Origin: an uncultured Parachlamydiaceae bacterium
Lineage (GTDB): Bacteria; Chlamydiota; Chlamydiia; Chlamydiales; Parachlamydiaceae
Direction: 5' to 3'
NCBI GenBank assembly: GCA_963742415.1
Contig: CAVULX010000004.1
Location: 512,001 to 576,000, forward strand
DNA: 64,000 bases
In this document: in pieces, positions 9,775 through 20,576 of the stretch
Numbering within the stretch: position 1 is the first letter of the stretch
Layout of the letters: every line of letters begins with the position of its first letter
The notes under the pieces: model-generated
The model's database searches: none
Told to the model about the DNA's origin: nothing
Seen by the model: only the letters and a program-made list of their open reading frames with translations
Position numbers and translations under genes: made by a program

Positions 9775-10527
9775 CTACCGATATCCCCCTGCGATCACGA
9801 GGGTTTCGCCCGTGATCCATCCTGCATCATCTGAGGCAAGAAAGGCAACGGCTGGTGCAATGTCTTTTGGGAGGCCGATTCTTCCGAGAGGCGTTTGCGC
9901 TTCGGTTTCCTTACGGAAATCGCTTTCCATAATTCCTGCGGACTTCGTTCCTTCGGTCAGCACCATCCCTGGGTTTATAGAATTCACCCGGATTTTGCGG
10001 GGACCCAGTTCAGTAGCTAGCGTTCTTGTTATGGCATCAACGGCAGCTTTTGTGGCACTATAAACAGCAGAGGTGGGGATATGGGAAGTGCTCGCTACAG
10101 AACTGATATTTACAATGCTTCCTCCGGAAGGGCTGAAATTGTTAACAGCGGATTGACATGCCAGCAGTAAGCCCAGCACATTTAAATCAAAAAGTTTATA
10201 AAAATGTTCGGCTGTGATTTTCTCTACCGGAGCAAATTCGTAGATCCCCGCATTATTAATGAGAATATCGAGTTTTCCGAATGCTTTCTTGGCTTCTGAA
10301 AAGAGACGGTCGATATCTTTTTGATTCGCCATGCTAGCCTGTATTGCTTTTGCTTTACCCCCCTTTTGTTCAATCGATTGCACAATGCGTTCCGCATTTT
10401 CTTTGCTTGTGGAGTAGTTTATAACAACAGTTGCTCCTTCTTCTGCAAGCTGTTCGGCAATCGAGGCGCCAATTCCTTTAGAAGCTCCTGTAACCAGCGC
10501 GACTTTTCCGGTTAATTTTTTTGCCAT
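9775..10527 (-). CDS. Short-chain dehydrogenase/reductase (FabG/glucose-1-dehydrogenase-like)
   Basis: TGASKGIG, NNAG, YSATK and NPG motifs. Confidence 0.93.
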   Translation of the reverse strand: MAKKLTGKVALVTGASKGIGASIAEQLAEEGATVVINYSTSKENAERIVQSIEQKGGKAKAIQASMANQKDIDRLFSEAKKAFGKLDILINNAGIYEFAPVEKITAEHFYKLFDLNVLGLLLACQSAVNNFSPSGGSIVNISSVASTSHIPTSAVYSATKAAVDAITRTLATELGPRKIRVNSINPGMVLTEGTKSAGIMESDFRKETEAQTPLGRIGLPKDIAPAVAFLASDDAGWITGETLVIAGGYR

Positions 10528-10561
10528 GGGTTCCTCCTTAATGCGGATTGTTTTTTTTCTG

Positions 10562-11395
10562 CTAACTTTTTATAAAATTGAGAAGATCTTGGTTAACTTG
10601 GTCTTTAAGTGTCGAACACATCCCGTGAGGGGCTCCTTCGTAAATCTTTAATTGAGCATCTTTAATCAATTTGGAAGAAAGGAGCGCTGCAGCTTCAATC
10701 GGTACAATTTGGTCGTCATTGCCATGGAGAATTAGTGTGGGCACATCAAATTTCTTAAGATCTTCTGTTTGATCAGTTTCAGAAAAAGCCTTAATGCAAT
10801 CATAGATGGCATTGAAGCCCCCTAGCATCCCTTGAAACCAAAAGAAATCTCTTAATCCCTGTGAGACTTTTGCCTGGGGCCTGTTTGCGCCATAAAAAGG
10901 GGCGCTAAGATCCTTGAAAAACTGTGAGCGGTCTTTAAGAACAGATTCGCGGAGTTGATCAAAGACTTCAATAGGCAAGCCTTTGGGGTTGGCGGCTGTC
11001 TTTAACATGAGTGGGGGGACGGCACTAATTAATACTGCTTTAGCTACCCTCATAGTTCCATGTCGTCCAATGTAGCGTGCCACTTCGCCGCCGCCAGTAG
11101 AGTGACCGACATGGATTGCATTTTTTAAATTGAGCGCCTCCACGATTTTTGCTAGGTCGTCAGCATAGGTGTTCATATCATTTCCATTCCAAGGCTGGCT
11201 TGATCGCCCATGTCCGCGGCGGTCGTGGGCTATGCAACGATATCCTTTTGAGCCTAAGAATAACATCTGGTCTTCCCATGCGTCAGCCGTGAGCGGCCAG
11301 CCATGACTAAAGATAATGGGCTGTCCATTGCCCCATTCCTTGTAATAGAGCTGGATCTCTTGCCCGTTTTCTTGACCGACTGAAATATAGGCCAT
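10562..11395 (-). CDS. cpo: Non-heme chloroperoxidase-type alpha/beta hydrolase
   Basis: [34 protein letters not shown] and GAPHG motifs. Confidence 0.88.
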   Translation of the reverse strand: MAYISVGQENGQEIQLYYKEWGNGQPIIFSHGWPLTADAWEDQMLFLGSKGYRCIAHDRRGHGRSSQPWNGNDMNTYADDLAKIVEALNLKNAIHVGHSTGGGEVARYIGRHGTMRVAKAVLISAVPPLMLKTAANPKGLPIEVFDQLRESVLKDRSQFFKDLSAPFYGANRPQAKVSQGLRDFFWFQGMLGGFNAIYDCIKAFSETDQTEDLKKFDVPTLILHGNDDQIVPIEAAALLSSKLIKDAQLKIYEGAPHGMCSTLKDQVNQDLLNFIKS

Positions 11396-11531
11396 ATGAT
11401 TTCCTCCTGGTCTCTTTATCCCTTAAATGCAAAATAGTTAAAGTTGTGAAGAAATGTCAAATTATATTTATAAATTAAAAGTTTCTGATGTTTAAAAATA
11501 TTTTTACATAATAAAGATATGGAGTATCTTG

Positions 11532-14213
11532 ATGAATATGAATTCACACATAAGTTCATTGCTTTATAAAATATTTTCTGTGTTTCGAAGGGACAATGAC
11601 GATAAGTCCAAGCAGGCTGCATTAGAAAACCTTTTGAATTTCTCTGAGATGATTACTCCTGAGGTTTTTCAGGTTCTAGAAACAAGTGAAAATGGGCTTT
11701 TGTACAGCGATGCGCGGGAACGCAGAAGGGAATATGGTTTAAACGAGGTGTCTTATGAGCTCCCGCCTACTTGGTATCATTTATTGTTTAGAAGCTACAT
11801 CAATCCTTTTAATATTTTATTGACGCTTCTGGGGATCATTTATTATTTCCTAGGGGATAGCGATGGTACGATCATTATTGCCTCGATGGTTGGCTTGAGC
11901 GTCGGCATCCGATTTTATCCAGGAATTGCGCTCCAATTTGGCGGCCGAAAAGCTAAAAGCCATGGTCAGCACGAAAGCCACGGTCATTCGGCGGGGAGAC
12001 GTTATTTCGCCTCCGGTAAAGTTTGAACTTCCCATCCAAGACCTTGTTCCAGGCGACATCATTTTTCTTTCAGCGGGCGATATGCTGCCGGCTGATGTTT
12101 ATTTAATCTCTTCAAAGGAATTATTTATGAGTCACTCCACTTTGACGGGTGAAGCCATGCCGGTCGAAAAATACGAGCATCCCTATCTATCAGCAGACAA
12201 ATGAAATAAGCCTTTTGGACAAGCCCCACATGTGTTTTATGGGTACGAATGTCCTCAACGGAACTGCAACAGCTGTTGTCGTGGCTACAGGTGATAACAC
12301 CTATTTTGGTTCGATGTGCAAGACGATTGCAGGTCCACGTCCGATGACGAGCTTTGATATCGGGATCAACAAGATATCTTGGCTTTTGATTCGAGTCATG
12401 TTTGTCATGGTGCCGATCGTTTTTTTGATCAACACGGCGACAAAAGGGGATTGGTTTACTTCCTTGCTTTTTGCTCTTTCTGTGGCTGTGGGTTTAATCC
12501 CTGAAATGCTTCCCATGATTGTTACGGCCAACCTGGCTAAAGGGGCTCTCAAAATGTCTCGTAACAAGGTGATTGTAAAGCGCCTTAATGCGATACAAAA
12601 TTTTGGGGCCATGAACATTCTTTGCACCGACAAGACAGGAACTTTGACGCAGGACCGGGTAATTTTAGAAAGATATTTAAGTCTAGAAGGGGAGCCTGAT
12701 AATGAGGTCTTGAAGTATGGATTCCTCAATAGCTACTATCAAACAGGTTTAAAAAACCTTCTAGATATGGCCATATTAGATCATGCTGGACTCAAGCAAG
12801 AACTTCAACTGGACACCAAATTTCGCAAAGTGGATGAGATTCCTTTTGATTTCGATAGGCGCAGGATGTCTGTTGTCGTCGAAGAGGAACCTGCGAAACA
12901 ACTTTTAATATGCAAAGGAGCTGTCGAGGAAATTATCAGTGTGTGTACACATGCCCTCCTACAGAAAGACGTTCTGCCGCTCACAGATCAAATTAAACAG
13001 CATTCTTTACATTTAAAAGATGAGCTTAGTGAAGATGGCTTGCGTGTTTTAGCTGTTGCCTATAAATGCAGTTCCGGCTGAGATTTGTAAAGAATATAAG
13101 ATCAAGGATGAGAATTCATTGACTTTGATGGGATTTTTGGCTTTTTTGGATCCTCCCAAACTTTCAGCGGAAGAAGCCCTTAGAGAATTGCAAAACTTGA
13201 ATGTACAGGTGAAGGTGTTGACGGGTGATAATGAAATTGTCACAAAAAAAATCTGTAAATGGGTTGGCTTGAAGGTGAACAAAGTCATCTTGGGTCAAGA
13301 AATTGAAGCGATGAACGACACAGAGCTCAGGGGAGTTGTGGATGAGACCACGATATTCGCAAAATTATCGCCTTTACAGAAGTCTAGGATCATTAGAATG
13401 TTAAAGGCCAATGGAAATATTGTAGGTTATTTGGGGGATGGGATCAACGATGCCCCAGCATTGCGCGAGGCCGATGTGGGGATATCGGTGGATACAGCCG
13501 TGGACATTGCCAAAGAATCTGTCGATATCATCATGCTTGAAAAGAGTTTGTTGTTTTTGAAGGATGGGGTCATTGAAGGGCGGCATACTTTTGGAAACAT
13601 CATTAAATATATTAAAATGGCTGTGAGCTCTAATTTCGGCAATGGTCTTAGTGTTCTCGGGGCAAGTGCTTTGCTGCCGTTTTTGCCCATGATGCCCCTT
13701 CAGTTGCTCGTTCAAAATTTGCTCTACGACATTTCACAAGTCTCCATTCCCTTCGATTCTGTGGATCAGGATTTTCTTGAGAAGCCGCGACGTTGGGATC
13801 CGAGCGGGATAGCCCACTTTATGTTTTGTATTGGCCCTCTTAGTTCGATTTTCGATTATACGACTTTTGCAGTGATGTGGTTTGTCTTTGGTGCTAATTC
13901 TCCTGAAAAGCAGGCTTTATTTCAATCAGGGTGGTTTGTAGAAGGGCTTTTGTCTCAAACATTGATTGTCCATATGATTAGGACAAGAAAGATCCCTTTT
14001 ATCCAAAGCATAGCTTCTTTTCCTTTGCTGTTGACCACCATTATTATCATGGCTATCGGGATCTACATACCCTATTCTTTTGTAGGAGCAACCATCGGCA
14101 TGGTTCCTTTGCCGGGATCCTATTTTTATTGGCTAGTCGCCACGCTGATTAGCTATTGCGTTTTGGTCCAATGCGTGAAGCTCTGGTTTATCCGCCGCTA
14201 CCAGTGGCTATGA
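11532..14213 (+). CDS. mgtA: Magnesium-translocating P-type ATPase, interrupted by three +1 frameshifts (~11915, ~12190, ~13065)
   Basis: Four consecutive ORF pieces carry LVPGDI, LTGE, PEMLPMIVT, DKTGTLT, KGAVEEI, TGD, GDGINDAPAL and SSNFGN in the correct order. Confidence 0.88.
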
Positions 14214-14355
14214 GGAAAAGAGCAGGTTGTTCTTTATGGCCACGAGCGCGCATAATTGTGACAGTTATTGGAAAACGGAAATGTTTTTTTTGATTTTATT
14301 TAATCTATTTATGCTTTATAATTTGTTTTAATTTTATTTTAAACAGGTTATAAAC

Positions 14356-15675
14356 ATGATAAAAAAAATCATTATATTATGTTCGCTTTTCTTTACACAA
14401 ATATTTTCTTTACAAGCAGTTGGTGTCAAAGACGAAAGTAAATCGATCATTACCGACATTGAATTTAAGGGGCATCCGTTTCGGATGGAAATTATTTTGC
14501 CCCCTGAAAATGATGTGGGATGCCTAGTCTATTTTTACGATGATAAAGATACGGTATTAGGAGGCCCATTTCCAGCTCCCTTTTTGCAAATCTCTTGGAA
14601 TGGTGAAGATGCTGACTGGTATATAGCTTTGGTTGCTAAAACAGATGCGCTAAGCGGAAAGGACGTTGTCGAACTAGCAAAATGCTTACAACAGCTTTTG
14701 GCAATTTCACATATGGAGCTTATCGATGAGGCAGTGAGCCTTCAATGCCCTAAAAATGGAACATGGTGCATTGACGAGGCCTCGACCCCATTGAGGATTG
14801 CAGGCGTTTTCTCAAAAGGCGTCGGATTTTATGAATTTCTGGGAGCTAGGCTGACTGATCGTTTTCTTCCGAAAGATTATCGGAAAAGTGCTGATTTTCT
14901 TCATCATGGCCTAGCGGTAAAAGCTCTTATGGGTGATTTGATAATTCTAAAAGAGGATCATCCAAAGGCCCAAGAATTGTATCGTTGCTTATTAGAATCC
15001 TTTGATCATGCGGGATTGGAGTTCACTCATGAAGTGACTTTTTCTGACTTGGCTAACGGGCTTATTAAAAAGAAAGACACAAATCCAGAATCTCACCAAG
15101 GCTGGCATGCTTTTGTAAATCAGGTAGTTAATAACAAAGATGGATTTTTCTTTGAACTGATCGGGAAAATGGTTTCAAATCCAAGTCAATATGATGATCG
15201 GCTTCTCGAGGTGGTTTGCTTGACCCTCGTGCGAGATGGGGTTTTATACGACATAGATAATCCAAGTGAAAGCCAAGCCAAAATTGAAGAAGTATCTAAT
15301 AATGCTGCAAGCGAAGGGGTTTCAAAAAAAATCAGCAAATCGACAAGTGGAATTCAAAGGAATCGTTTTTTCCGAATGACTGAAGTAGGTCGCCATAAAA
15401 CTAAAGAATTTTGTCAGATATTTGAAGATTATCGGAAGAATAATATAAAAATTAGCAGAAACCATATCGAAGCTATCCTTAATAAAAAAATCGAGGATGT
15501 TAGAATAACTCCCGAATTTAGAAATTTAATAACATCCTTAATCGACGATTTAGAAAAACATCAAAATGAAAAACAGTATCCGCCGGGGCATGTTTATGCT
15601 GTCTGGATGTTAGCTAAACTTATGGTGAGAGATTCCTATGGCTTCACATTTGATTTCGCCCCTTTGAAAGATTGA
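14356..15675 (+). CDS. Secreted hypothetical protein, paralog 1
   Basis: 439-aa ORF with signal peptide; long identical blocks shared with 15974-17290. Confidence 0.85.
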   Translation: MIKKIIILCSLFFTQIFSLQAVGVKDESKSIITDIEFKGHPFRMEIILPPENDVGCLVYFYDDKDTVLGGPFPAPFLQISWNGEDADWYIALVAKTDALSGKDVVELAKCLQQLLAISHMELIDEAVSLQCPKNGTWCIDEASTPLRIAGVFSKGVGFYEFLGARLTDRFLPKDYRKSADFLHHGLAVKALMGDLIILKEDHPKAQELYRCLLESFDHAGLEFTHEVTFSDLANGLIKKKDTNPESHQGWHAFVNQVVNNKDGFFFELIGKMVSNPSQYDDRLLEVVCLTLVRDGVLYDIDNPSESQAKIEEVSNNAASEGVSKKISKSTSGIQRNRFFRMTEVGRHKTKEFCQIFEDYRKNNIKISRNHIEAILNKKIEDVRITPEFRNLITSLIDDLEKHQNEKQYPPGHVYAVWMLAKLMVRDSYGFTFDFAPLKD

Positions 15676-15814
15676 CCGCTCTGTTCTTCGGTATATAGAG
15701 CCACTATGTATTTTCATTAATGGCTTCTATAGTTCAAAAGCTGAAATTTCTAAATTGCCCTTAGTATAATTAATGCAAGTTGAAAATTACTGAGTGTAAT
15801 CAAGTTTAAAAAAC

Positions 15815-15863
15815 CTCTGTGATCTCTGTGGTTTATTAAAATTCAACCACAGAGATCACAGAG
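15815..15863. repeat. Perfect 19-bp inverted repeat with 9-bp period, core of a degenerate larger element (~15771-15900)
   Basis: CTCTGTGATCTCTGTGGTT-(11 nt)-AACCACAGAGATCACAGAG. Confidence 0.9.
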
Positions 15864-15973
15864 AGACAATAAATTTAATTATTTGAAACTTATGGCAATT
15901 AAGATTTTAATCGACAGCAAACACTTTTTTATGATATAATTTTGTTTTTAATTGTTAATAATAATAGGATATT

Positions 15974-17290
15974 ATGAATATTATAAATAAATTAATAATA
16001 GTATTTTCTCAATTATTTGGTCCCATTTCGCCTGAACCTTTTATATTTGCTCCTGATACCGCCTATCAAAACCCGGAGAAGACAATTGTTACAGAGGTTG
16101 AATTCAAGGGGCATCCCATTCGCATGGAAATAATTCCCAATTTGGGCAAAGAGAAAAGTTATGTCAATTTTTACGATGATAAAGATTCTGTTTTGGGGGG
16201 TGAGCGACCCGCTCCGTTTCTGCATATATCTGTATATCACGATAAATCTTACGATAATGTTGAATGGTGGATAAGTGAGGTCGCTAAAACCGATGCTCTA
16301 GCTGGAAAAGACGTTGTCGAATTGGCAAAAAGCTTGCAGCAACTTTTAGCAATTTCAAATTTTAAACTGATCGATGCCGCTACGAGTCTTCAATGTCCGA
16401 AAGACAGAACATGGTGTTTTGACGAGGCTAAAATCCCACTGAGGATTGCTGGCGTTTTCACAAAAGGGGGCGGATTTTATGAATCTATGGGAGCTAAATC
16501 GGTTGATGATAGTTTTACAACTCGGAAAGATTATCGAAAAAGTGCAGATTTTCTTCATCATGGCCTAAAGGTAAAAGCTTTGCTGGATGATTTGATAAGC
16601 CTAAAAGAGGATCATCCAAAGGCTCAATATTTATACCAATGTTTGATAGATTCCTTTGCTCATGCCGGATTGGAGTACACTCCTGAATTGACTTTTTCTG
16701 ACTTAGCAAACGCGATTTATAAAAAGAAAGATGCAAACCTGGAATCCCATCTGTTTTGGCATACGTTTGCAAATCAGGTGATTAATAACAAAGATGGATT
16801 TTTCTTTGAAATTATCAAAAGGATAATTTCAAATCCAAGTCTATATGATAAGCAGCTTATCGAAGCTGTAAGCGGGATTGCTTGGCTGGATATTGAAGTA
16901 AAAGAATATATTGAAGATCATCCAGATGATGATCAAAATATTATTCAAGATGTTCGCGATTCAACCAGTGGACTCGATAGAAATATCTTCTTGAAAACTT
17001 CCGAGGAAAGCAGGCGCAAGTTTGATGAATTTAGCAATTTGTTTGAAGCTTATAATTGGAAAGCTGAAAAACAAATATTCGAAAAGAATGTCGAGGCTGC
17101 GCTTAATAAAAAAATCGTAAGAGTTTTCCGCAATATTAATTTAATCTCATCATTGATCGACGATCTAGAAAAAAATCAGTATGAAAAGCAATATCCGCCA
17201 GGACATGTTTATGCTGTTTGGATGTTAGCCAAATATGTGGTGAACGAAGCTGATATGTTTGCATTTGATTTTACACCTTCGAAGGATTGA
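15974..17290 (+). CDS. Hypothetical protein (probably exported), paralog 2
   Basis: 438 aa; shares EFKGHP, VAKTDAL.GKDVVELAK, KDYRKSADFLHHGL and EKQYPPGHVYAVWMLAK with paralog 1. Confidence 0.85.
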   Translation: MNIINKLIIVFSQLFGPISPEPFIFAPDTAYQNPEKTIVTEVEFKGHPIRMEIIPNLGKEKSYVNFYDDKDSVLGGERPAPFLHISVYHDKSYDNVEWWISEVAKTDALAGKDVVELAKSLQQLLAISNFKLIDAATSLQCPKDRTWCFDEAKIPLRIAGVFTKGGGFYESMGAKSVDDSFTTRKDYRKSADFLHHGLKVKALLDDLISLKEDHPKAQYLYQCLIDSFAHAGLEYTPELTFSDLANAIYKKKDANLESHLFWHTFANQVINNKDGFFFEIIKRIISNPSLYDKQLIEAVSGIAWLDIEVKEYIEDHPDDDQNIIQDVRDSTSGLDRNIFLKTSEESRRKFDEFSNLFEAYNWKAEKQIFEKNVEAALNKKIVRVFRNINLISSLIDDLEKNQYEKQYPPGHVYAVWMLAKYVVNEADMFAFDFTPSKD

Positions 17291-17363
17291 CTTCTCTCTC
17301 TTCGGGTTACAAATTAATAACGAATAGTTTATATAGCTGTGATATCTAAGATTCAGAGGCAGC

Positions 17364-18899
17364 ATGAAAAACTATTCGTTAATATTCCTTCCTTTGATCG
17401 CAATGATGGTCTGTTCTGCATTTCCCCTTAATGCAGTACCAGACAATTTTCCAAAAGAAATGATTAACATCATGAACCAATCAAAATATGAACACGCCAT
17501 CTGGGGCGTTTATGTCAAAGACCTCCAGACAGGAAAAGTTCTCCTCGATTGGAACTCCAATAAATTGTTTTCCCCAGCCTCTACGACAAAATTATTTTCA
17601 GTCGCAGCCCTTTTGCAAGCTTATGGAGATGATTATAGATTTAAAACGCCTGTTTATGCGACGAATGCCATCAAGAATGGAAAATTATACGGGAATCTGG
17701 TTTTGATCGCCCAGGGTGACTTAACGATGGGGGGAAGGCAGTCAAGCCGTGGTGTAATTTCGTTTACCAAGCTGGATCATATTAACGCCAATGAAATTCC
17801 TGGAGTAACTTTAACGAAAGAAGATCCATTGCATGGGTTATATGAATTAGCTAAACAAGTATATCAAAACGGCCTTCGGCAGCTTGATGGGGATGTTATC
17901 ATTGACGATAGTCTTTTTGAAACTACTGTGAAGAGGGGGATGATTTTGTCCCCGATCATGATCAATGAAAATCTCATCGACATTGTTGTAGACCCAAGTT
18001 CTATCGACGAAAAAGGGAAGCTGACATGGCGTCCCCAAGTACCTGGATATGAAATACAAAATGAGGTAAAAACTGTAGCTGCCGGCGGGAAATTAGATTT
18101 AGAAGTCACTTCAAATGACGAGGGGCATCAAATCGTCATTAAAGGGACTATCCCTGCTGATCAAAAAAATGTTGTAAGAACCTTTTCGGTTAAAGATCCT
18201 AAATCTTTTGCGCGGGCTGCATTTATCAAGGCTCTGGAAGATCAAGGCGTTAAAGTAAACATTTCAACTAATAGTCCATATCGTGCTAAGGATGGCGGTC
18301 TGCAAGTTGCGCGGTGGGTTTCTCCCCCCTTGTCTGAATACGCCAAGTTAATTTTAAAAGTAAGCCATAATCTAGGGGCTGACTTAGTGCCTTTGCTGCT
18401 AGCTTCTCAGCAAGGGAAGAAAACTTTTAATGAAGGGATGGTACTGCTGGGAGATTTTGTGACGCAAAAGGCGGGAATTTCCCCCGATGCCTTTGTCTTT
18501 ATCGATGGGGCTGGCGGCAATGAAAACCGTCTGACGCCGCAAGCTGAAGTACAATTGTTAGAATATGTTCATAAGCAGCCCTCAAGCCGTTTCAAAAGGT
18601 ATTTTGATGCGCTGCCGATTCTTGGGGTCGATGGATCCCTTGAGGATTTTGCCAAAGGAACTAAAGCGGTTAATAAAGTGCATGCAAAGCCAGGAACAGG
18701 TGTAGCTTATAATTTGGCGACGGAAAAGTTCTTTTTAATCACTCAAGCATTCGCAGGTTATATCGAAGGGAAAAATGGGCACCTTTTTGCCTATGAAATC
18801 GTTGTCAACAATGGCAAAATGCCTTCTATTCATGATGTCTTTGCCATTTTCGAAGACGAAGGGCAGCTTTCCAACATAATTTATAATCTCACCGATTGA
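17364..18899 (+). CDS. dacB: D-Ala-D-Ala carboxypeptidase/endopeptidase PBP4 (peptidase S13)
   Basis: Signal peptide; PASTTKL (SxxK), SHN (SxN), LPILGVDGSL; KPG occupies the KTG position. Confidence 0.88.
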   Translation: MKNYSLIFLPLIAMMVCSAFPLNAVPDNFPKEMINIMNQSKYEHAIWGVYVKDLQTGKVLLDWNSNKLFSPASTTKLFSVAALLQAYGDDYRFKTPVYATNAIKNGKLYGNLVLIAQGDLTMGGRQSSRGVISFTKLDHINANEIPGVTLTKEDPLHGLYELAKQVYQNGLRQLDGDVIIDDSLFETTVKRGMILSPIMINENLIDIVVDPSSIDEKGKLTWRPQVPGYEIQNEVKTVAAGGKLDLEVTSNDEGHQIVIKGTIPADQKNVVRTFSVKDPKSFARAAFIKALEDQGVKVNISTNSPYRAKDGGLQVARWVSPPLSEYAKLILKVSHNLGADLVPLLLASQQGKKTFNEGMVLLGDFVTQKAGISPDAFVFIDGAGGNENRLTPQAEVQLLEYVHKQPSSRFKRYFDALPILGVDGSLEDFAKGTKAVNKVHAKPGTGVAYNLATEKFFLITQAFAGYIEGKNGHLFAYEIVVNNGKMPSIHDVFAIFEDEGQLSNIIYNLTD

Positions 18900-18940
18900 G
18901 ACTTAGGCTGTTATCAAATTTATTATTTTCAATCAGATTA

Positions 18941-19029
18941 ACCAAAATTCCCAGAAAAAATGGGAATTCTGGCATTCTTGATCTTTATTTTTACCAAAAT
19001 TCCCACAAAAAATAGGAATTCTGGTAAAA
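18941..19029. promoter_or_regulatory. Two tandem copies of an inverted-repeat operator upstream of abiEi
   Basis: ACCAAAATTCCCA-N7-TGGGAATTCTGG (18941-18972) and ACCAAAATTCCCA-N7-TAGGAATTCTGGT (18993-19025). Confidence 0.8.
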
Positions 19030-19044
19030 TAGGGGAAAGGGAAG

Positions 19045-19686
19045 GTGTTTATGAAAGATCGATTAAAACTAATTAAAACAGCCTATATTGATGCCCAGAC
19101 GCTGCTTAATCTTTTAGCTGATTATCGTAAGCCTAGAGAATCTATTTTACGAATGGTAAAAAAGGAAGAGTTGATCCGTCTAAAAAATGGATTTTATCTC
19201 ATAGCAGATAAAATTAAATCGGATTCAAACACAATTATTCCCTACGAACAGGTAGCTAATTTACTCTATGGTCCCTCTTATGTTAGCCTCGAATGGGCTT
19301 TATCGTTTTATGGGATGATTCCAGAAAAGGTGTACACGATAACAAGTATGACTTTAGGCAGAAAAAAGATATTTGAGACCCCAATAGGGGAGTTTGTTTA
19401 TTACCCTTCGCCGATCAGTAGTTATCCCATTGGCATTACACTATTGCAGTCCCCAGATTTTGTGGGAGGATTCTTGATGGCCACTCCTGAAAAGGCTTTA
19501 GCAGATTTAGTATTTAAAACGTGCAAGGATTTGGATAAGGCGCAAATTAAGCAAGAGTTAATGGAGTCAAAACGAATCGATCAAGAGGCATTCCGGCAAT
19601 TTAACAAAGGGCTTTTAGTGGAAATCGGTCGATCTTACCGGGCAAAAAGCGTTAACTATTTAGTAGATTTAGTAGGTTCAATATGA
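19045..19686 (+). CDS. abiEi: Type IV TA antitoxin, AbiEi family
   Basis: LIRLKNGFY wHTH, PSYVSLEWALSFYGMIPE and ATPEKALAD motifs; ATGA overlap with the next gene. Confidence 0.88.
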   Translation: MFMKDRLKLIKTAYIDAQTLLNLLADYRKPRESILRMVKKEELIRLKNGFYLIADKIKSDSNTIIPYEQVANLLYGPSYVSLEWALSFYGMIPEKVYTITSMTLGRKKIFETPIGEFVYYPSPISSYPIGITLLQSPDFVGGFLMATPEKALADLVFKTCKDLDKAQIKQELMESKRIDQEAFRQFNKGLLVEIGRSYRAKSVNYLVDLVGSI

Positions 19687-20576
19687 ATTTTGACTCAAGC
19701 ATAAAAAAAATGTTAGAAAAATATGACGATCATGTTCCAATGGTTGATAAAGTTCGCGAAATTTTGCAGCAGACAGCACTCCTAGGATTAGCTAGACATC
19801 AATTTTTTGAGCATGCTGTCTTTTATGGCGGCACAGCACTTAGAATTCTTTATGGATTGGATCGATATAGTGAAGATCTCGACTTTTCGTTGATGCAACC
19901 AAACTCAGATTTTGATTTTAATCCTTTTATCAAAGGGATGCACCGGGAATTAAAAGCCATGGGATTTGAACTAGATCTTACCCTTCGCAAAAAAAATGAC
20001 GACTCGGGAATTTGGTCTGCCTTTCTGAAAGGAAATACTCTCTCCCTGATTCTGGGCATCCATGAAACGAAACCGACCATTAAAGGAATTAATCCTGATC
20101 AGAAAATTCAAATCAAACTTGAAATTGATATAGATCCCCCTTTATCTCATTTACCCATTGAGAGCAAATTAGTGTTAAATCCACTTCCTTTTTACGTAGG
20201 CACTTATGCGATCGTTGATCTATTTGCAGGGAAAATGCACGCCGCTCTTTGTCGAAAATGGCAAAAACGAGTCAAGGGGCGAGATTGGTATGATTTGATA
20301 TGGTACATTCAAAGTGGAATTCCTGTGAATTTATCCCATTTAAGGGAGAGAATGCGTCAAACAAAACATCTACAACTCGAAGAAAAGTTTGGGGAAAAAG
20401 AACTGCTAGATAGGTTGCACAAAAGAATAGGTGAAATCGATTGGGAATTAGCAAAATCGGATGTTTCCACTTTTATTGCTGACAAAGGGAAATTAGCTCT
20501 CTGGTCAAGTTCCTTCTTTCACGATGTGGTTGCTCATTTACGATGGGTGGATGACCAGAAAGTTCAAAAGAAATAG
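19683..20576 (+). CDS. abiEii: Type IV TA toxin, AbiEii nucleotidyltransferase
   Basis: FYGGTALRILYGLDRYSEDLDFS, KLEID, GKMHA and KGRDWYDL motifs. Confidence 0.92.
   Translation: MNFDSSIKKMLEKYDDHVPMVDKVREILQQTALLGLARHQFFEHAVFYGGTALRILYGLDRYSEDLDFSLMQPNSDFDFNPFIKGMHRELKAMGFELDLTLRKKNDDSGIWSAFLKGNTLSLILGIHETKPTIKGINPDQKIQIKLEIDIDPPLSHLPIESKLVLNPLPFYVGTYAIVDLFAGKMHAALCRKWQKRVKGRDWYDLIWYIQSGIPVNLSHLRERMRQTKHLQLEEKFGEKELLDRLHKRIGEIDWELAKSDVSTFIADKGKLALWSSSFFHDVVAHLRWVDDQKVQKK

Noticed and set aside
14245..14275. dif-like site (GCGCATAAT)
   Set aside because: Only a partial XerC-like half; no XerD arm.
18941..19029. Two similar ~32-bp palindromic repeats as a mini CRISPR array
   Set aside because: Only two copies, a 20-bp gap and no cas genes; the position fits AbiEi operators.
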